A stretch of DNA of 64,000 nt from the NCBI RefSeq assembly GCF_032444005.1, contig NC_091286.1:469960001-470024000 (forward strand), written 5' to 3'. A model generated the notes under the pieces. The model saw only the letters and a program-made list of their open reading frames with translations, did not search any database and was not told the DNA's origin. This DNA comes from Ranitomeya imitator (taxonomy: Eukaryota). A program made the translations under genes and the position numbers. This document shows, in pieces, positions 50,431 through 63,623 of the stretch. Positions within the stretch are counted from its first letter, which is position 1. Each line of letters begins with the position of its first letter.

Positions 50431-50912
50431 CGCCAATATTTTGGCCAACCTCAGTGGCCATTTTCCCAGAGGCCACTGCATCACAGCAATGGAGCTGCCG
50501 GGGCCTCCGGGCTTTGAGGAAATGCTGGAGGAGCCCCAATGCTGCACAAAGATACACCACCGCCGCCCAGCACAGAGCCCCCATGCTGCACAAAGAGAAG
50601 CCACCGACGCCCCCAGCACAGAGACATCATGTTGCACAGAGAGGAGCTGTCGCTGCCGCCCCCCAGCACAGAGAGCATCGCTGCCACAATGAGGTAATAG
50701 GGGGATACTCCACTTACTCCTTCCCTGTGAGACGCCCCCTCTCTTCGTCATTGGGACCACTCCACCCACCATATGCACATTGGTCACCCGCCCTATAAGC
50801 CGACCCATGGCGTATAAGAAGACCCCCTACTTTTAAGATGATTTTATATTTTAACTAGAAAAGTTGGGGGGTTGTCTTATACGACCAGTCATCTTATATG
50901 CCGGAAAATACG
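50431..50912. mobile_element. Right part of a Tc2-like MITE
   Basis: Ends TCTTATATGCCGGAAAATACG (CCGTA-type TIR); CCCAGCACAGAG repeats. Confidence 0.55.
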
Positions 50913-50929
50913 TTACCTGGAGAACCACA

Positions 50930-51213
50930 TTTCCAGGTCATTTTACTATTCTGTGAACACCATAAAAACCACTCCCCAAAATAAAAAATTACAGAATTAT
51001 ATATTGCTCAGCATTTCATCTCACTTTTATTATTTTGTTCAAATGAATAAGTACATTGTATGGTAAGATGAACAATATAATTCAAAACTACCACAAAACC
51101 ACAAAAAAGCAAGCAATTATGTTAACAAGAAAAATAAAAAAGTTATAGCTTTTAGAAGAAGAGTAGGGGATAATGAAAGTGCAAAAATGAAAAATTGCCC
51201 AGGAGTAAAAAGG
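50930..51213. mobile_element. Old piggyBac-MITE end fragment
   Basis: Degenerate match to the distal end of 37121-38400, terminating AAAAGG|TTAA. Confidence 0.45.
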
Positions 51214-52237
51214 TTAAAGGTGCAAAGGCATTTGTTTTTTTAAATATAGAGGTGTAACAGGAGATATTTATTTGCTGAATTATTATGGGTTTCTAAAAGT
51301 TAGGTAATTACAATAGAGTAAACAATATACTTGCAAAATATGCAAATTTTCCTTCCATTACTCAGATCATTATTCACATCAAAAATGATGGGTAAGGGAA
51401 AATTGATCTTTAATGTACAATTCAATATAACTGGCTGTTTACCTTCATTCACTAAAGTCAAGAATCAGCAAATCTCACACAATTTCAATGCCACAGAACT
51501 CAAACCGCCGGAGCAACAAAATTGCAATTTACATACATTTAGAGGCAATGTATCTATAACCTCACTGAGCTCATATGCTTTTAAGACTGCTCAAAATATA
51601 ATCTTGCAGCAGCCATTCTTATGAATTTGGAATAAGACCACAGCAGTAAATCTAATCTAAATACTGTTGATGACTAGCGATATTTAAGGATAAAAGACAC
51701 TGTGAACACATACTGTACTTACATCAATGTAAAGCTTTTGTGATGACTTCAAAGTTCTAAAAGGAATATATCAATAGGAATTATTGTTTTTAAAAAAAAC
51801 ACATGTACGTAAATAATTTATTTTAAGTGGTTTCTGTGATGTTTTGTTAATATGCCATTTTCTGAAATGACGCAGTTCTGGCAAGGAATCTTACAATAGG
51901 CTACTGCTTCCTGTTCTGAAGAGATCACTTCTCAGCAGTCATCTCATTCTCATCACAGGTAAAATTACAATGAAAAATATTTATATTGTAAAGCTGGAGG
52001 CTAATAAATTGAGATGGAACAATTCAACGTAGATGATGGACACAGTTAACTCACTCTGCACAGTGACAATCCATAGGTCACCGAGTATGCCTAGGACACT
52101 CTCCCAAAGAAGTCCGTGACTCAACTTCAAACACTAGCTTCTAATGGCACATGCAGCTTCTAGAAATAAACTAACATTAAGAAACTGGTGCAGCAACTGT
52201 ACAAAATTCTTTAAGGAAAAAAACATATTAGAAAAAG

Positions 52238-52239
<2 letters not shown>

Positions 52240-52290
<51 letters not shown>

Positions 52291-52410
52291 CACAGTATAT
52301 ATTCACCTGGTGGCATGAAAAAGTTTGTGCACCCCTGGTCAAAATTACTGATTTTGTGAACAGTTAAGCAAGTTGAAAATGAAATAGTCTCTAAAAAGCC
52401 TAAAGTTAAA

Positions 52411-52462
<52 letters not shown>
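52240..52462. repeat. (TA)n tracts flanking a Tc1 TIR fragment
   Basis: TA runs at about 52240-52283 and 52415-52462; AAAAGTTTGTGCACCC Tc1-like TIR motif between them. Confidence 0.7.
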
Positions 52463-52464
<2 letters not shown>

Positions 52465-55117
52465 TTCAAGATTCAAAGAAGCTTTATTGGCAGGACCAAA
52501 TACACATCAGTTTTGCCAAAGCAAGTGTATAAAGGCAATAGGGATAGGGACTGTGGGGATGTTGGGTAGGAGCTGTAGGGAAGGTGGATGGGGCAGATCC
52601 ATTGTGGGGGCTATAGTCCATGGCATAGGGGAGGTGGATGGGGGCAGATCCAGGGTGGGGGCTATAGACCATGGCATAGGGGAGGTGGATGGGGGCAGAT
52701 CCAGGGTGGGGGCTATAATCCATGGCATAGGGGAGGTGGATGGGGCAGATCCATTGTGGGGGCTATAGTCCATGGCATCATAGTTCTCTTTCTCGCAGTC
52801 TATGGCATTCGCTCACATACCGCGCTGCTATCTCCACTGCTCTCTCTTCTTCTCCCAGCAGGATATATGTTTTCTCTTACTCCTTCATGGTGATGAAGTC
52901 TGGGAAGAGATGTGAGAGTCTCCTGAAGTGAGTGTCCCTCACTGCTGAGTATTTGGAGCAGTGTAGCAGGAAGTGGGTTTCGTCCTCTATGGCCTCCTGG
53001 TCACAGTGTTGGCACAGTCTTTCCTCCCTGGGCTTGTAGCTCTGCCTGTGTCGGCCACATTCGATGGCCAGACTGTGGGCGCTGAGTCTATATCGGCTCA
53101 GGATCTGGCGGTCTCTGGGGTCCGGGAGTTTCTCCAGTTATGGTGCCAGTCTGTAGTCTCTCTGTAGGCTCCGGTACGTGGTCAGTTTCTGTGAGCTGAT
53201 GATATCATTCTTCCAGTCACTGACATACCTCTCCTGGCCTTCGTCTGCCATCTTCCTGATTCCGGCTTTTGTCAGGTTGTTGTGATTGGTGTTCTGGTCC
53301 GGTTGGGTTTGGCTGGGCTGTTCCGAGGGTTCTGGTTTTTCTGTTTCACCTACATGTATCAGGGCTTTATGGTGATGGGAGCTTGGATTGCTCCTATGCA
53401 GGTGAGCCCGGAATGACAGCGCCCTCTTTAGAACTGTTAGGTGTAAAGGGAATCTGCCCAGCTCGGCCCGACAAGCACTGTTGGAGGTGCTCCGATGGAC
53501 CTGGAGAAGGTGCTTGCAGAATTCCAGGTGGAATATTTCTGTTGGACTGGAATCCCAGTTTGACCAGTCTGGGTAGGTGGAGGACCCCAGACTTCGCTGC
53601 CATACAGGAGGATTGGGGCGATGATGGAGTCGAAGATTTTTAGCCAGACCCTCACTGGTGGCTTCAGATGGTAGAGTGTCCTTCGGATGGCATAGAAGGT
53701 TTTGCAGGCCTTGTCTTTCAGGGTCTCTATGGCTTGTTTGAAGCTCCCTGACCGGTGAATCTCTAGGCCCAGGTAGGTATATTTGTCTGTTCCTGTGAGG
53801 TCGCAGTTGTTGAGGATAAATGATGGGTGTTGGTCTGATCTTCTCTTTCTCCTCTGGAACACCATGGTGTTGGTTTTCTTTAGGTTGACCGGTAGAGCCC
53901 AGGTGGAGCTGAATTTCTCTAGGATTTTCAGGTTGTCCTGGAGGCCTTTCTCGGTTGGTGACAGCAGCAGCAGGTCATCTGCATACAGCAGGAATTTCAC
54001 CTGAGCGTCGTGGAGGGTGAGTCCTGGTGCTGAGGAGGATTCCAGGGCGGTAGCCAGCTCGTTGATGTAGATGTTGAAGAGCGTTGGACTTAGGCTGCAG
54101 CCTTGTCTGACTCCGCGGCTCTGCTGGAAATAAGCAGTTCTTTTGCCGTTCACACTCACGCTGCAGCGGTTCTCGGTGTAGGAGCTTTTGATGACATCGT
54201 AGGTCTTTCCTCCTATTCCACTATCCAGCAGTTTCAGGAATAAGCCCGGGTGCCACACTGAATCAAAGGCCTTTTTAAAGTCCACAAAGCAGGCGTATAT
54301 CTTCCCATTCTTTGTATTGTAGACGTGTCTCTGAATGAGGCTGTGCAGAGTATAGATGTGGTCAGTGGTGCGGTGGTTCGGCATGAACCCTGCTTGGCTC
54401 TTGCTGAGGACGTTGTGCTCGGTGAGGAAGGTGAGGATCCTCTTGTTCAGGATACTGTTGAACAGTTTTCCCAGGTTGCTGCTGACGCATATGCCTCTGT
54501 AGTTGGCTGGGTCATACCTGTCCCCACTCTTGTGGATGGGTGTGATGAGGCCTTGGTTCCAGGTACGAGGGAAGTAGCCGGCACTCAGCACAATATTGAA
54601 GAGTCTAACCATTGCAGCCTGTATTTCTGGTGGGCTGTACTTCAGCATTTCTGGTAGGATTCCATCCAGGCCACCGGCTTTTTTACATCTTATGGAGGAG
54701 AGTCTCTCGGTTACTTCCTGTAGTGTTATAGGTGTATCCACCGGGTTTTGGAAGTTTTTGATTTTTTTCTCCATTGCTTTTAGTTTTGCCATTATGTTTT
54801 CCTGTTCTTGGCTTAGTCCTTCCTTTGGAATGTCCTTATAGAGGTCTCTGAAGTATTTGAGCCAGAGGTTGCCATTTTCGATATGGTTGTTGTTTTTCTT
54901 GTCTTTGGTGCCCATTTGGTTCCATAGTTCCCAGAAGGAGTTGTCTTGGAGGGCGTCTTGGAGTTGGTTAAGCTTGGTAGAGATGTAACTCTGCTTCTTC
55001 CTCCTGAGGATGGTTTTGTACTGCTTTTGTATGGAGTCATAGGCTTCCCTCAGACCCAGGTGGTTGGGGTCTCTGTGTTTCCTGTTGGAGGCTGTTCTCA
55101 GGGTCTTCCGTACAGCT
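52463..55117 (-). mobile_element. 5'-truncated RTEX-like non-LTR retrotransposon with a long open RT
   Basis: NYRGICVSS, SQAGF, VDFKKAFDSVW, GVRQGCSLSPTLFNIYIN, LYADD; frameshift near 53585; tail AATAAAGCTTCTTTGAATCTTGAATC. Clade call is from motif style. Confidence 0.8.
52583..52778. repeat. 51-bp G-rich minisatellite, 4 copies, in the RTEX 3' UTR
   Basis: GCAGATCC at 52593, 52644, 52695 and 52745. Confidence 0.85.
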
Positions 55118-55133
55118 TTATATATATATATAT

Positions 55134-57270
55134 GAGGCGCGCTTCCAGAGCTGCTGAGCGCAGATGGAAAAGATCCCACTCCAACGAGCACTTCATCGCA
55201 TTCAAACAGTCCCTCACTACTTTCAAAACAACGCTCGCCACAGCAAAACAAACCTACTTCTCATCTCTCATATCCTCCCTGTCTCACAACCCCAAACAGT
55301 TATTCAACACCTTCAACTCTCTCCACCGCCCCCCAGCACCTCCTCCCTCCCCACTCATCTCAGCTGAAGACTTTGCCTCATTTTTCAAGCAGAAAATTGA
55401 GAACATCAGAGACAGTTTTAGTAAACAACCCCCAGAACCCTTCCTCCCAACTAGCCAGCCCTCCACCTCCAAAACCAACTTCTCCACCATTACAGAAGAC
55501 GGACTCTCCACTCTACTCTCAAGATCGCATCTCACCACCTGTGCACTTTACCCACTCCCATCCCACTTCATCCCAAACCTCACCACAGTCTTCATCCCAA
55601 CCCTAACCCATCTCTTCAACCTATCACTAACAACTGGCATTTTCGCTCAAGCTTTAAACATGCCTCAATCACACCTATCCTCAAAAAGCCCTCTCTTGAC
55701 CCATCCTCTGTATCTAGCTATCGCCCTATATCACTTCTCCCCTTTGCCTCAAAACTACTGGAACAACATGTCCATCTTGAACTGTCCTCCCATCTATCTT
55801 CTTGCTCCTTCTTCGACCGCTTTCAATCAGGCTTCCGGTCACACCACTCCACTGAAACTGCCCTAACTAAGGTCACCAATGACCTATTAACCGCCAAGAG
55901 CAAGCGACACTACTCTATCCTCCTCCTCCTGGACCTGTCCTCTGCCTTTGACACAGTGGACCATTCCCTGCTGCTGCAGACCCTCTCATCCCTTGGAATC
56001 ACAGAATTGGCCCTATCCTGGATCTCATCATACCTAACTGACCGTACATTCAGCGTCTCCCACTCACACACCACCTCCTCACCTCGCCCCCTATCTGTCG
56101 GAGTCCCGCAAGGTTCAGTTCTAGGACCCCTGCTCTTCTCCATTTACACCTTTGGCCTGGGACAGCTCATAGAATCTCACGGCTTTCAGTATCATGTCTA
56201 CGCTGATGACACACAGATCTACATCTCTGGACCAGATATCACCTCCCTACTAACCAGAATCCCTCAATGTCTGTCTGCTATTTCATCCTTCTTCTCCTCT
56301 AGATTTCTAAAACTTAACATGGACAAAACAGAATTCATCATCTTTCCCCCATCTCACACGACCTCCCCAACGAACCTATCCATTACTGTAAACGGCTGCC
56401 CGCTCTCCCCAGTCCCACAAGCCCGCTGTCTTGGGGTAATCCTTGACACTGATCTCTCCTTTAAACCACATATCCAAACCCTTTCCACTTCCTGCCGCCT
56501 CCAACTGAAAAATATTTCACGGATCCGCACATTTCTAAACCAAGAATCTGCAAAGACCCTAGTCCATGCCCTCATCATCTCCCGCCTTGACTACTGTAAC
56601 CTCCTGCTCTGTGGCCTCCCCTCTAACACTCTTGCACCCCTCCAATCTATTCTAAACTCTGCTGCCCGACTAATCCACCTGTCCCCCCGCTATTCCCCGG
56701 CCTCTCCCCTCTGTCAATCCCTGCACTGGCTCCCCATCACCCAGAGACTCCAGTACAAAAGCCTAACCATGACATACAAAGCCATCCACAACCTGTCTCC
56801 TCCATACATCTGTGACCTTGTCTCCCGGTACTTTCCTGCACGCAACCTCCGATCCTCACAAGATCTCCTTCTCTACTCCCCTATTATCTCCTCTTCGCAC
56901 AATCGCATACAAGATTTCTCTCGTGCATCCCCCCTACTCTGGAATTCTCTACCACAACATATCAGACTCTCGCCTACCATCAAAACCTTCAAAAAGAACC
57001 TGAAGACCCACCTCTTCCGACAAGCCTACAACCTGCAGTAACCACCGATTGACCAAACCGCTGCACGGCCAGCTCTACCCTCACCTACTGTATCCTCACC
57101 CATCCCTTGTAGATTGTGAGCCCTCGCGGGCAGGGTCCTCTCTCCTCCTGTACCAGTTGTGACTTGTATTGTTCAAGATTATTGTACTTGTTTTATTATG
57201 TATACCCCTCCTCACATGTAAAGCGCCATGGAATAAATGGCGCTATAATAATTAATAATAATAATAATAA
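55134..57270 (+). mobile_element. 5'-truncated L2 LINE (RT with frameshifts)
   Basis: [46 protein letters not shown]; 3' (TAA)n tail. Confidence 0.92.
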
Positions 57271-57314
57271 TATATATATATATATATATTTATATATATG
57301 TAAATATATATATA

Positions 57315-58961
57315 CAGTTAGGTCCATATATATTTGGACAGAGACAACATTTTTCTAATTTTGGTTATAGACATTACCACAATGAATTTTAAACAAAACA
57401 ATTCAAATGCAGTTGAAGTTCAGACTTTCAGCTTTCATTTGAGGGTCTCCACATTAAAATTGGATGAAGGGTTTAGGAGTTTCAGCTCCTTAACATGCGC
57501 CACCCTGTTTTTAAAGGGACCAAAAGTAATTGGACAATAGAGTCCAAGGCTATTTCATGGACAGGTGTGGGCAATCCCTTCATTATGTCATTCTCAATTA
57601 AGCAGATAAAAGGCCTGGAGATGATTTGAGGTGTGGTGCTTGCATTTGGAAGGTTTTGCTGTGAAGTAAACATGCAGTCAAAGGAGCTCTCCATCCAGGT
57701 GAAACAAGCCATCCTTAAGCTGCAAAAACAGAAAAAAAAACATCCGAGAAATTGCTACAATATTAGGAGTGGCAAAATCTACAGTTTGGTACATCCTGAG
57801 AAAGAAAGAAAGCCCTGGTGAACTCATCTATGCAAAAAGACCTGGGCACCCACGGAAGACAACAGTGGTGGATGATCGCAGAATAATCTCCATGGTGAAG
57901 AGAAACCCCTTCACAACAGCCAACCAAGTGAACAACACTCTCCAGGAGGTCGGCATATCAATATCCAAATCTACCATAAAGAGAAGACTGCATGAAAGTA
58001 AATACAGAAGGATCACTGGACGGTGCAAGCCAATCATAAGCATCAAGAATAAAAAGGCTAGACTGGACTTTGCTAAAAAAACATCTAAAAAAGCCAGCAC
58101 AGTTCTGGAAGAACATTCTTTGGACAGATGAAACCAAGATAAACCTTTGCCAGAATGATGGAAAGAGAAAAGTATGGCGAAGGCATGGTACAGCTCATGA
58201 TCCAAAGCATACCACATCCTCTGTAAAACACGGCGGAGGCAGGGTGATGGCTTGGGCATGCATGGCTGCCAGTGGCACTGGGTCACTAGTGTTTATTAAT
58301 GATGTGACACAGGAGAGAAGCAGCCGAATGAATTCTGAGGTATTCAGAGCCATACTGTGTGCTCAGATCCAGCGAAATGCAGCCAAACTGATTGGTTGTC
58401 GTTTCATACTGCAGATGGACAATGACCCAAAACATAAAGCCAAAGCAACCCAGGAGTTTAATAAAGCAAAGAAGTGGAATATTCTTGAATGGCCAAGTCA
58501 GTCACCTGATCTCAAACCAATTGAGCATGCATTTCACTTGTTAAAGACTAAACTTCAGACAGAAAGGCCCACAAACAAACAGCAACTGAAAACCACCGCA
58601 GTGAAGGCCTGGCAGAGCCTCAAAAAGGAGGAAACACAGCGTCTGGTGATGTCCATGAGTTCAAGACTTCAGGCAGTCATTGCCAACAAAGGGTTTTCAA
58701 CCAACTACTAAAAATGAACATTTTATTTAAAATTATTGAATCTGTCCAATTAATTTTGGTCCCTTTAAAAACAGGGGGGCACATGTGAAGGAGCTGAAAC
58801 TCTTAAACCCTTCATCCAATTTTAATGCGGAGACCCTCAAATGAAAGCTGAAAGTCTGAACTTCAACTGCATCTGAATTGTTTTGTTTAAAATTCATTGT
58901 GGTAATGTCTATAACCAAAATTAGAAAAATGTTGTCTCTGTCCAAATATATATGGACCTAA

Positions 58962-58964
<3 letters not shown>
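57315..58964 (+). mobile_element. Full-length Tc1 (DD34E), 1650 bp
   Basis: TIRs of about 220 bp (CAGTTAGGTCC.../...GGACCTAACTG) and TA TSD. Confidence 0.95.
57672..58711 (+). pseudogene. Tc1 transposase with two +1A frameshifts (345 aa if corrected)
   Basis: WTDETK, QMDNDPKH and SPDLKPIE with 34-residue spacing; shifts lie in an A9 run (about 57732-57740) and an A7 run (58075-58081). Confidence 0.88.
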
Positions 58965-59003
<39 letters not shown>

Positions 59004-59018
59004 TTAACTGTATATATA

Positions 59019-60639
59019 CAGTACAGATCAAAAGTTTGGACACACCTTCTCATTTAAATATTTTTCAGTATTTTCATGCCTATGAAAATTGTGCATTCAC
59101 ACTGAAGGAATCAAAACTATGAATTAACACATGTGGAATTATGTACTTTACAAAAAAGTGTGAAACAACTGAAATTATGTCTTATATTCTAGGTTCTTCA
59201 AAGTATCCACCTTTTGCTTTGATGATTGCTTTGCACACTCTTTGCATTCTCTTGATGAGCTTCAAGAGGTAGTCACCGGAAAAGGTTTTCACTTCACAGG
59301 TGTGCCCTGTTAGGTTTAATAAGTGGGATTTCTTGCCTTATAAATGGGGTTGGGACCATCAGTTGTGTTGTGCAGAAGTCTGGTGGATACACAGCTGAAA
59401 GTCCTACTGAATAGACCTTTAGAATTTGTACTATGGCAAGAAAAAAGCAGCTAAGTAAAGAAAAAAAACGAGTGGCTATCATTACTTTAAGAAATGAAGG
59501 TCAGTCAGTCCGAAAAATTGGGAAAACTTTGAAAGTGTTCTAAGTGCAGTGGCAAAAACCATCAAGCGCTACAAAGAAACTGGCTCACATGAGGACCGCC
59601 CCAGGAAAGGAAGACCAAGAGTCACCTTTGCTTCTGAGGATAAGTTTATCCGAGTCACCAGCCTCAGAAATCACAGGTTAACAGCAGATCAGATTAGAGA
59701 CGAGGTCAATTCCACACAGAATTCTAGCAGCAAACACATCTCTACAACAACTGTTAAGAGGAGACTTTGTGCAGCAGGCCTTCATGGTAAAATAGCTGCT
59801 AGGAAACCACTGCTAAGGACAGGCAACAAGCAGAAGAGACTTGTTTGGGCTAAAGAACACAAGGAATAGACATTAGACCAGTGAAAATCTGTGCTTTGGT
59901 CTGATGAGTCCAAATTTGAGATTTTTGGTTCCAAAAAGGCGATGCAGAAAAGGCAAACGGATGGACTCTACATGCCTGGTTCCCACCGAGAAGCATGGAG
60001 GAGGAGGTGTGATGGTGTGGGGGTGCTTTGCTGGTGACACTGTTGGGGATTTATTCAAAATTGAAGGAATAATGAACCAGCATGGCTACCAGAGCATCTT
60101 GCAGTGGCATGCTATTCCATCAGGATTGCGGTTAGTTGGATCATCATTTATTTTTCAACAGGACAATGACCCCAAACACACCTCCAGGCTGTGTAAGGGC
60201 TATTTGACCAAGAAGGAGAGTGATGGGGTGCTACGTCAGATGACCTGGCCTCCACAGTCACCAGACCTGAACCTAATCGAGATGGTTTGAGGTGAGCTGG
60301 ACCGCAGAGTGAAGACAAAAGCGCCAACAAGTGCTAAGCATCTCTGGGAACTCCTGCAAGATTGTTAGAAGACCATTCCCGATGACTACCTTTTGAAGCT
60401 CATCAAGAGAATGCCAAGAGTGTGCAAAGCAGTAATCAAAGCAAAAGGTGGCTACTTTGAAGAACCTAGAATATAAGACATAATTTCAGTTGTTTCACAC
60501 TTTTTTGTTAAGTATATAATTCAACAAGTGTTAATTCATAGTTTCGATGCCTTCAGTGTGAATGTACAATTTTCATAGTCATGAAAATACAGAAAAATCT
60601 TTAAATGAGAAAGTGTGTCCAAACTTTTGGTCTCTACTG
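59019..60639 (+). mobile_element. Full-length decayed Tc1, 1621 bp
   Basis: TIR CAGTACAGATCAAAAGTTTGGACACAC / GTGTGTCCAAACTTTTGGTCTCTACTG, TA flanks; QQDNDPKHTS and WPPQSPDLNLIE; several stops. Confidence 0.92.
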
Positions 60640-60649
60640 TATATAAAGT

Positions 60650-62010
60650 GGGTAAATTCAAAAAAGTTCATTTTTTTCTTATAAATGTACACTGCACCCA
60701 TCTTGATTGAAAAAACAGAAGTGAAGTAATTTTTGCAAATGTATTAGAAAAGAAAAGCTGAAATATCACATGGTCATAAGTATTCAGACCCTTTGCTCAG
60801 TACTGAGTAGAAGCACCCTTTTGAGCTAGTATAGCCATGAGTCTTCTTGGGAATGTTGCAACAAGTTTTTCACACCTAGATTTGGGGATCCTCTGCCATT
60901 CTTCCTTGCAGATCCTCTCCAGTTTTCAGGTCTTTCCAGAGATGCTCAATTGGGTTTAGGTCAGGGCTCTGGCTGGGCCAGTCAAGAATGGTAACAGAGG
61001 TGTTCTGAAGCTACTCCTTTGTTATTTTAGCTGTGTGCTAAGGGTCATTGTCTTGTTAGAAGGTGAACCTATAGCCAAGTCTGAGGTCCAGATCACTCTG
61101 GAAGAGGCTTTCATCCAGGATATCTCTTTACTTGGCCGCGTTCATGTTTCCTTCAATGGCAACCAGTCATCCTGTCCCTGCAGCTGAAAAACACCCCATC
61201 GCATGATGCTGCCACCACCATGTTTCAATGTTGGGGTTGTATTGGGCATGTGATGAGCAGTGCCTGGTTTTCTCCACACATACCACTTAGAATTATTATC
61301 AAAAATGTCTATCTTCATCTCATCAGAACAGAGAATGTTATTTCTCATAGTCTGGGAGTCCTTCATGTATTTTTTTTAGCAAACTCTGTGAGGACTTTCA
61401 TATGTCTTGCACTGAGGAGAGGCTTCTGTTGGGCCATTCTGCCATAAAGGTCTGACTGCTGGAGGGCTGCAGTGATAGCTGACTTTATGAAACTTTCTCC
61501 CATCTCCCTATTGCATCTCTGGAACTCAGCCACAGTGATCTTGGGGTTCTTCTTTACCTCTCTCACCAAGGCTCTTCTCCCATGATTGCTCAGTTTGGCT
61601 GGATGACCAGGTCTAGGAAGACTTCTGGTGGTCCCAAACTTCTTCCATTCAAGGATTATTAGGGCCACTGTGCTCTTAAGATCCTGAGTAGTGCAGAAAT
61701 TCTGTTGTAACCATGGCCAGATCCGTGCCTTGCTACAATTCTGTCTCTGAGCTCCTTGGACAGTTCCTCTGACCTCATGATTCTCACTGGGTCTTACATG
61801 CACTGTGAGGTCTTATATAGTCAGGTGTGTGCCTTTCCAAATCAAGTCCTATCAGTTTAATTAAACACAGCAGGACTCCAATGAAGGAGTAGAACCATCT
61901 CCAGAAAGATCACAAGGAAATGGACAGCATGTGACTTAAATATGAGTGTCTGAGCAAAAGATCTGAATATTTATGACCATGTGATATTTCAGTTTTTCTT
62001 TTTTATTAAA
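60650..62010 (-). mobile_element. Decayed Tc1
   Basis: Inner DRs GGTCATAAGTATTCAGACCC / GATCTGAATATTTATGACC; minus-strand PAKLSNHGRRALVREV and LKHGGGSIMRWG. Confidence 0.85.
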
Positions 62011-62566
62011 TTTGCAAATAAATACTTCAGTATCTGGTTCTAATTAGTAAAATTTTTAAAAAAAGATCTTGGTAATACATGACATTCAAAGCTTTACTCT
62101 CATGGATATTATCTACTGCCCTTCACACTGACCTGCCATTCTCACGGCAATATGACTAGTGCATTACAGCTTATAACGACATGGGTTCTAAAAAAAAATC
62201 TACTATTACTATTTAACTTTGAATATACATGCTTTTGAAAATGTCCATAACTGATATAGTAATCTTATTTGGTCTGATATGAATGGAAAAAAATATCATT
62301 AATTATAGCCTCCAATAGTATATGAACCACATTGCTCTTTTTCCAAGACTGTGAAAAACGGTCCCGTGATCCGATCAAAATACCCATTCCAATGTCTGGT
62401 TTCCTGACTTAAGCTAACTGAATTAAATATTCCTATTAGGGAGCTGGTTTAGGACTCAAAACGAGATGGTCATTAGGGGTATTCTGATCTGTTCCTCAAA
62501 TGTGTAAACGTTCAGACGTGTAAACCCTGTTTTAAGAGATGATGGTATCTGCATGGAGTTCCCTAA

Positions 62567-63557
62567 GGCCATGTTCACACAGTGCATTTTTAACTGCGGA
62601 GCCGCCGCGATTTTGCCGCTGCGGGTCCGCAGCTGTTTTCCATGCAGGGTACAGTACAATGTACCCTATGGAAAACAGGAACCACTGTGCACATGATCCT
62701 GAAATTCAATAAAAAAGCCGCGCTGAATAGCCGCGGTAAAAAGAAGTACCATGTCACTGCGGAACTGCAGCGGTTCTGCACCCATTGACCTCCATTGTGA
62801 GGTCAAACCCGCAGTAAAACCCGCAGACGAAAAAAATATCTGCGGGTTTTCTGCGGTTTGTGGTGCAGAACCACTGCAGCAGGAAGAGCGTGGGCGGAGT
62901 GTGGCTGTCCCCCCGTGCCCCAATCCCACCCCCCCATGCTCCGATGCCATCCCCCCATGCTCCGACGCCCCCCCGTGCCCTCATCTCCCCCCCTTATACT
63001 TACCGGGCCTCCCGGTGTCCGTCCGTCCGTCTTCTACCTGGGCGCCGCCATCTTCCAATGGCGCCGGCAGATTCGTTCCAAAGTGCATTTTGATCACTGA
63101 GATATAACCTATCTCAGTGATCAAAATAAAAAAAGTAGTAAATGACCCCCCCCCCCTTTGTCACCTCCATAGGTAGGGACAATAAAAAAATAAAGAAAAT
63201 TTTTTTTTCCACTAAGGTTAGANNNNNNNNNNNNNNNNNNNNNNNNNNNNNNNNNNNNNNNNNNNNNNNNNNNNNNNNNNNNNNNNNNNNNNNNNNNNNN
63301 NNNNNNNNNNNNNNNNNNNNNNNNNNNNNNNNNNNNNNNNNNNNNNNNNNNNNNNNNNTTCAGCCATTTTAACCCTAAAAAACTTCCTAGAAAACACACA
63401 GACTCTGCACAGAAAACTGCATAAAAAAACGCACTAAAAACCGCATCAAAAAACGCACCAAAAACGCATCAAAAAACGCACCTGCGTTTTCTGCCAAGAG
63501 CTGCGGTTTTTAGTGCAGAAAAAACAGCAGGGAAATCAGGAACGTGTGAACATGGCC
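62567..63557. mobile_element. Harbinger-type MITE spanning an assembly gap
   Basis: TIR GGCCATGTTCACAC / GTGTGAACATGGCC, TAA/TTA flanks. Confidence 0.8.
63223..63358. other. Assembly gap (N run)
   Basis: 136 N. Confidence 1.
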
Positions 63558-63623
63558 TTAATCCTTATGAACGTCAAATTGGCCCTGACTCATCTAAGTG
63601 TTTACAGCAGAAAGCTAGAGTAA

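Noticed and set aside
53437-55866. Overlapping 604-aa and 306-aa ORFs crossing 55120
   Set aside because: Each runs across the (TA)n junction between RTEX and L2; the N-termini are antisense sequence of the neighbouring element.
59890-59920. CTGATGAG resembling a hammerhead core
   Set aside because: It is the Tc1 WSDES codons, with no stem II or GAAA arrangement.
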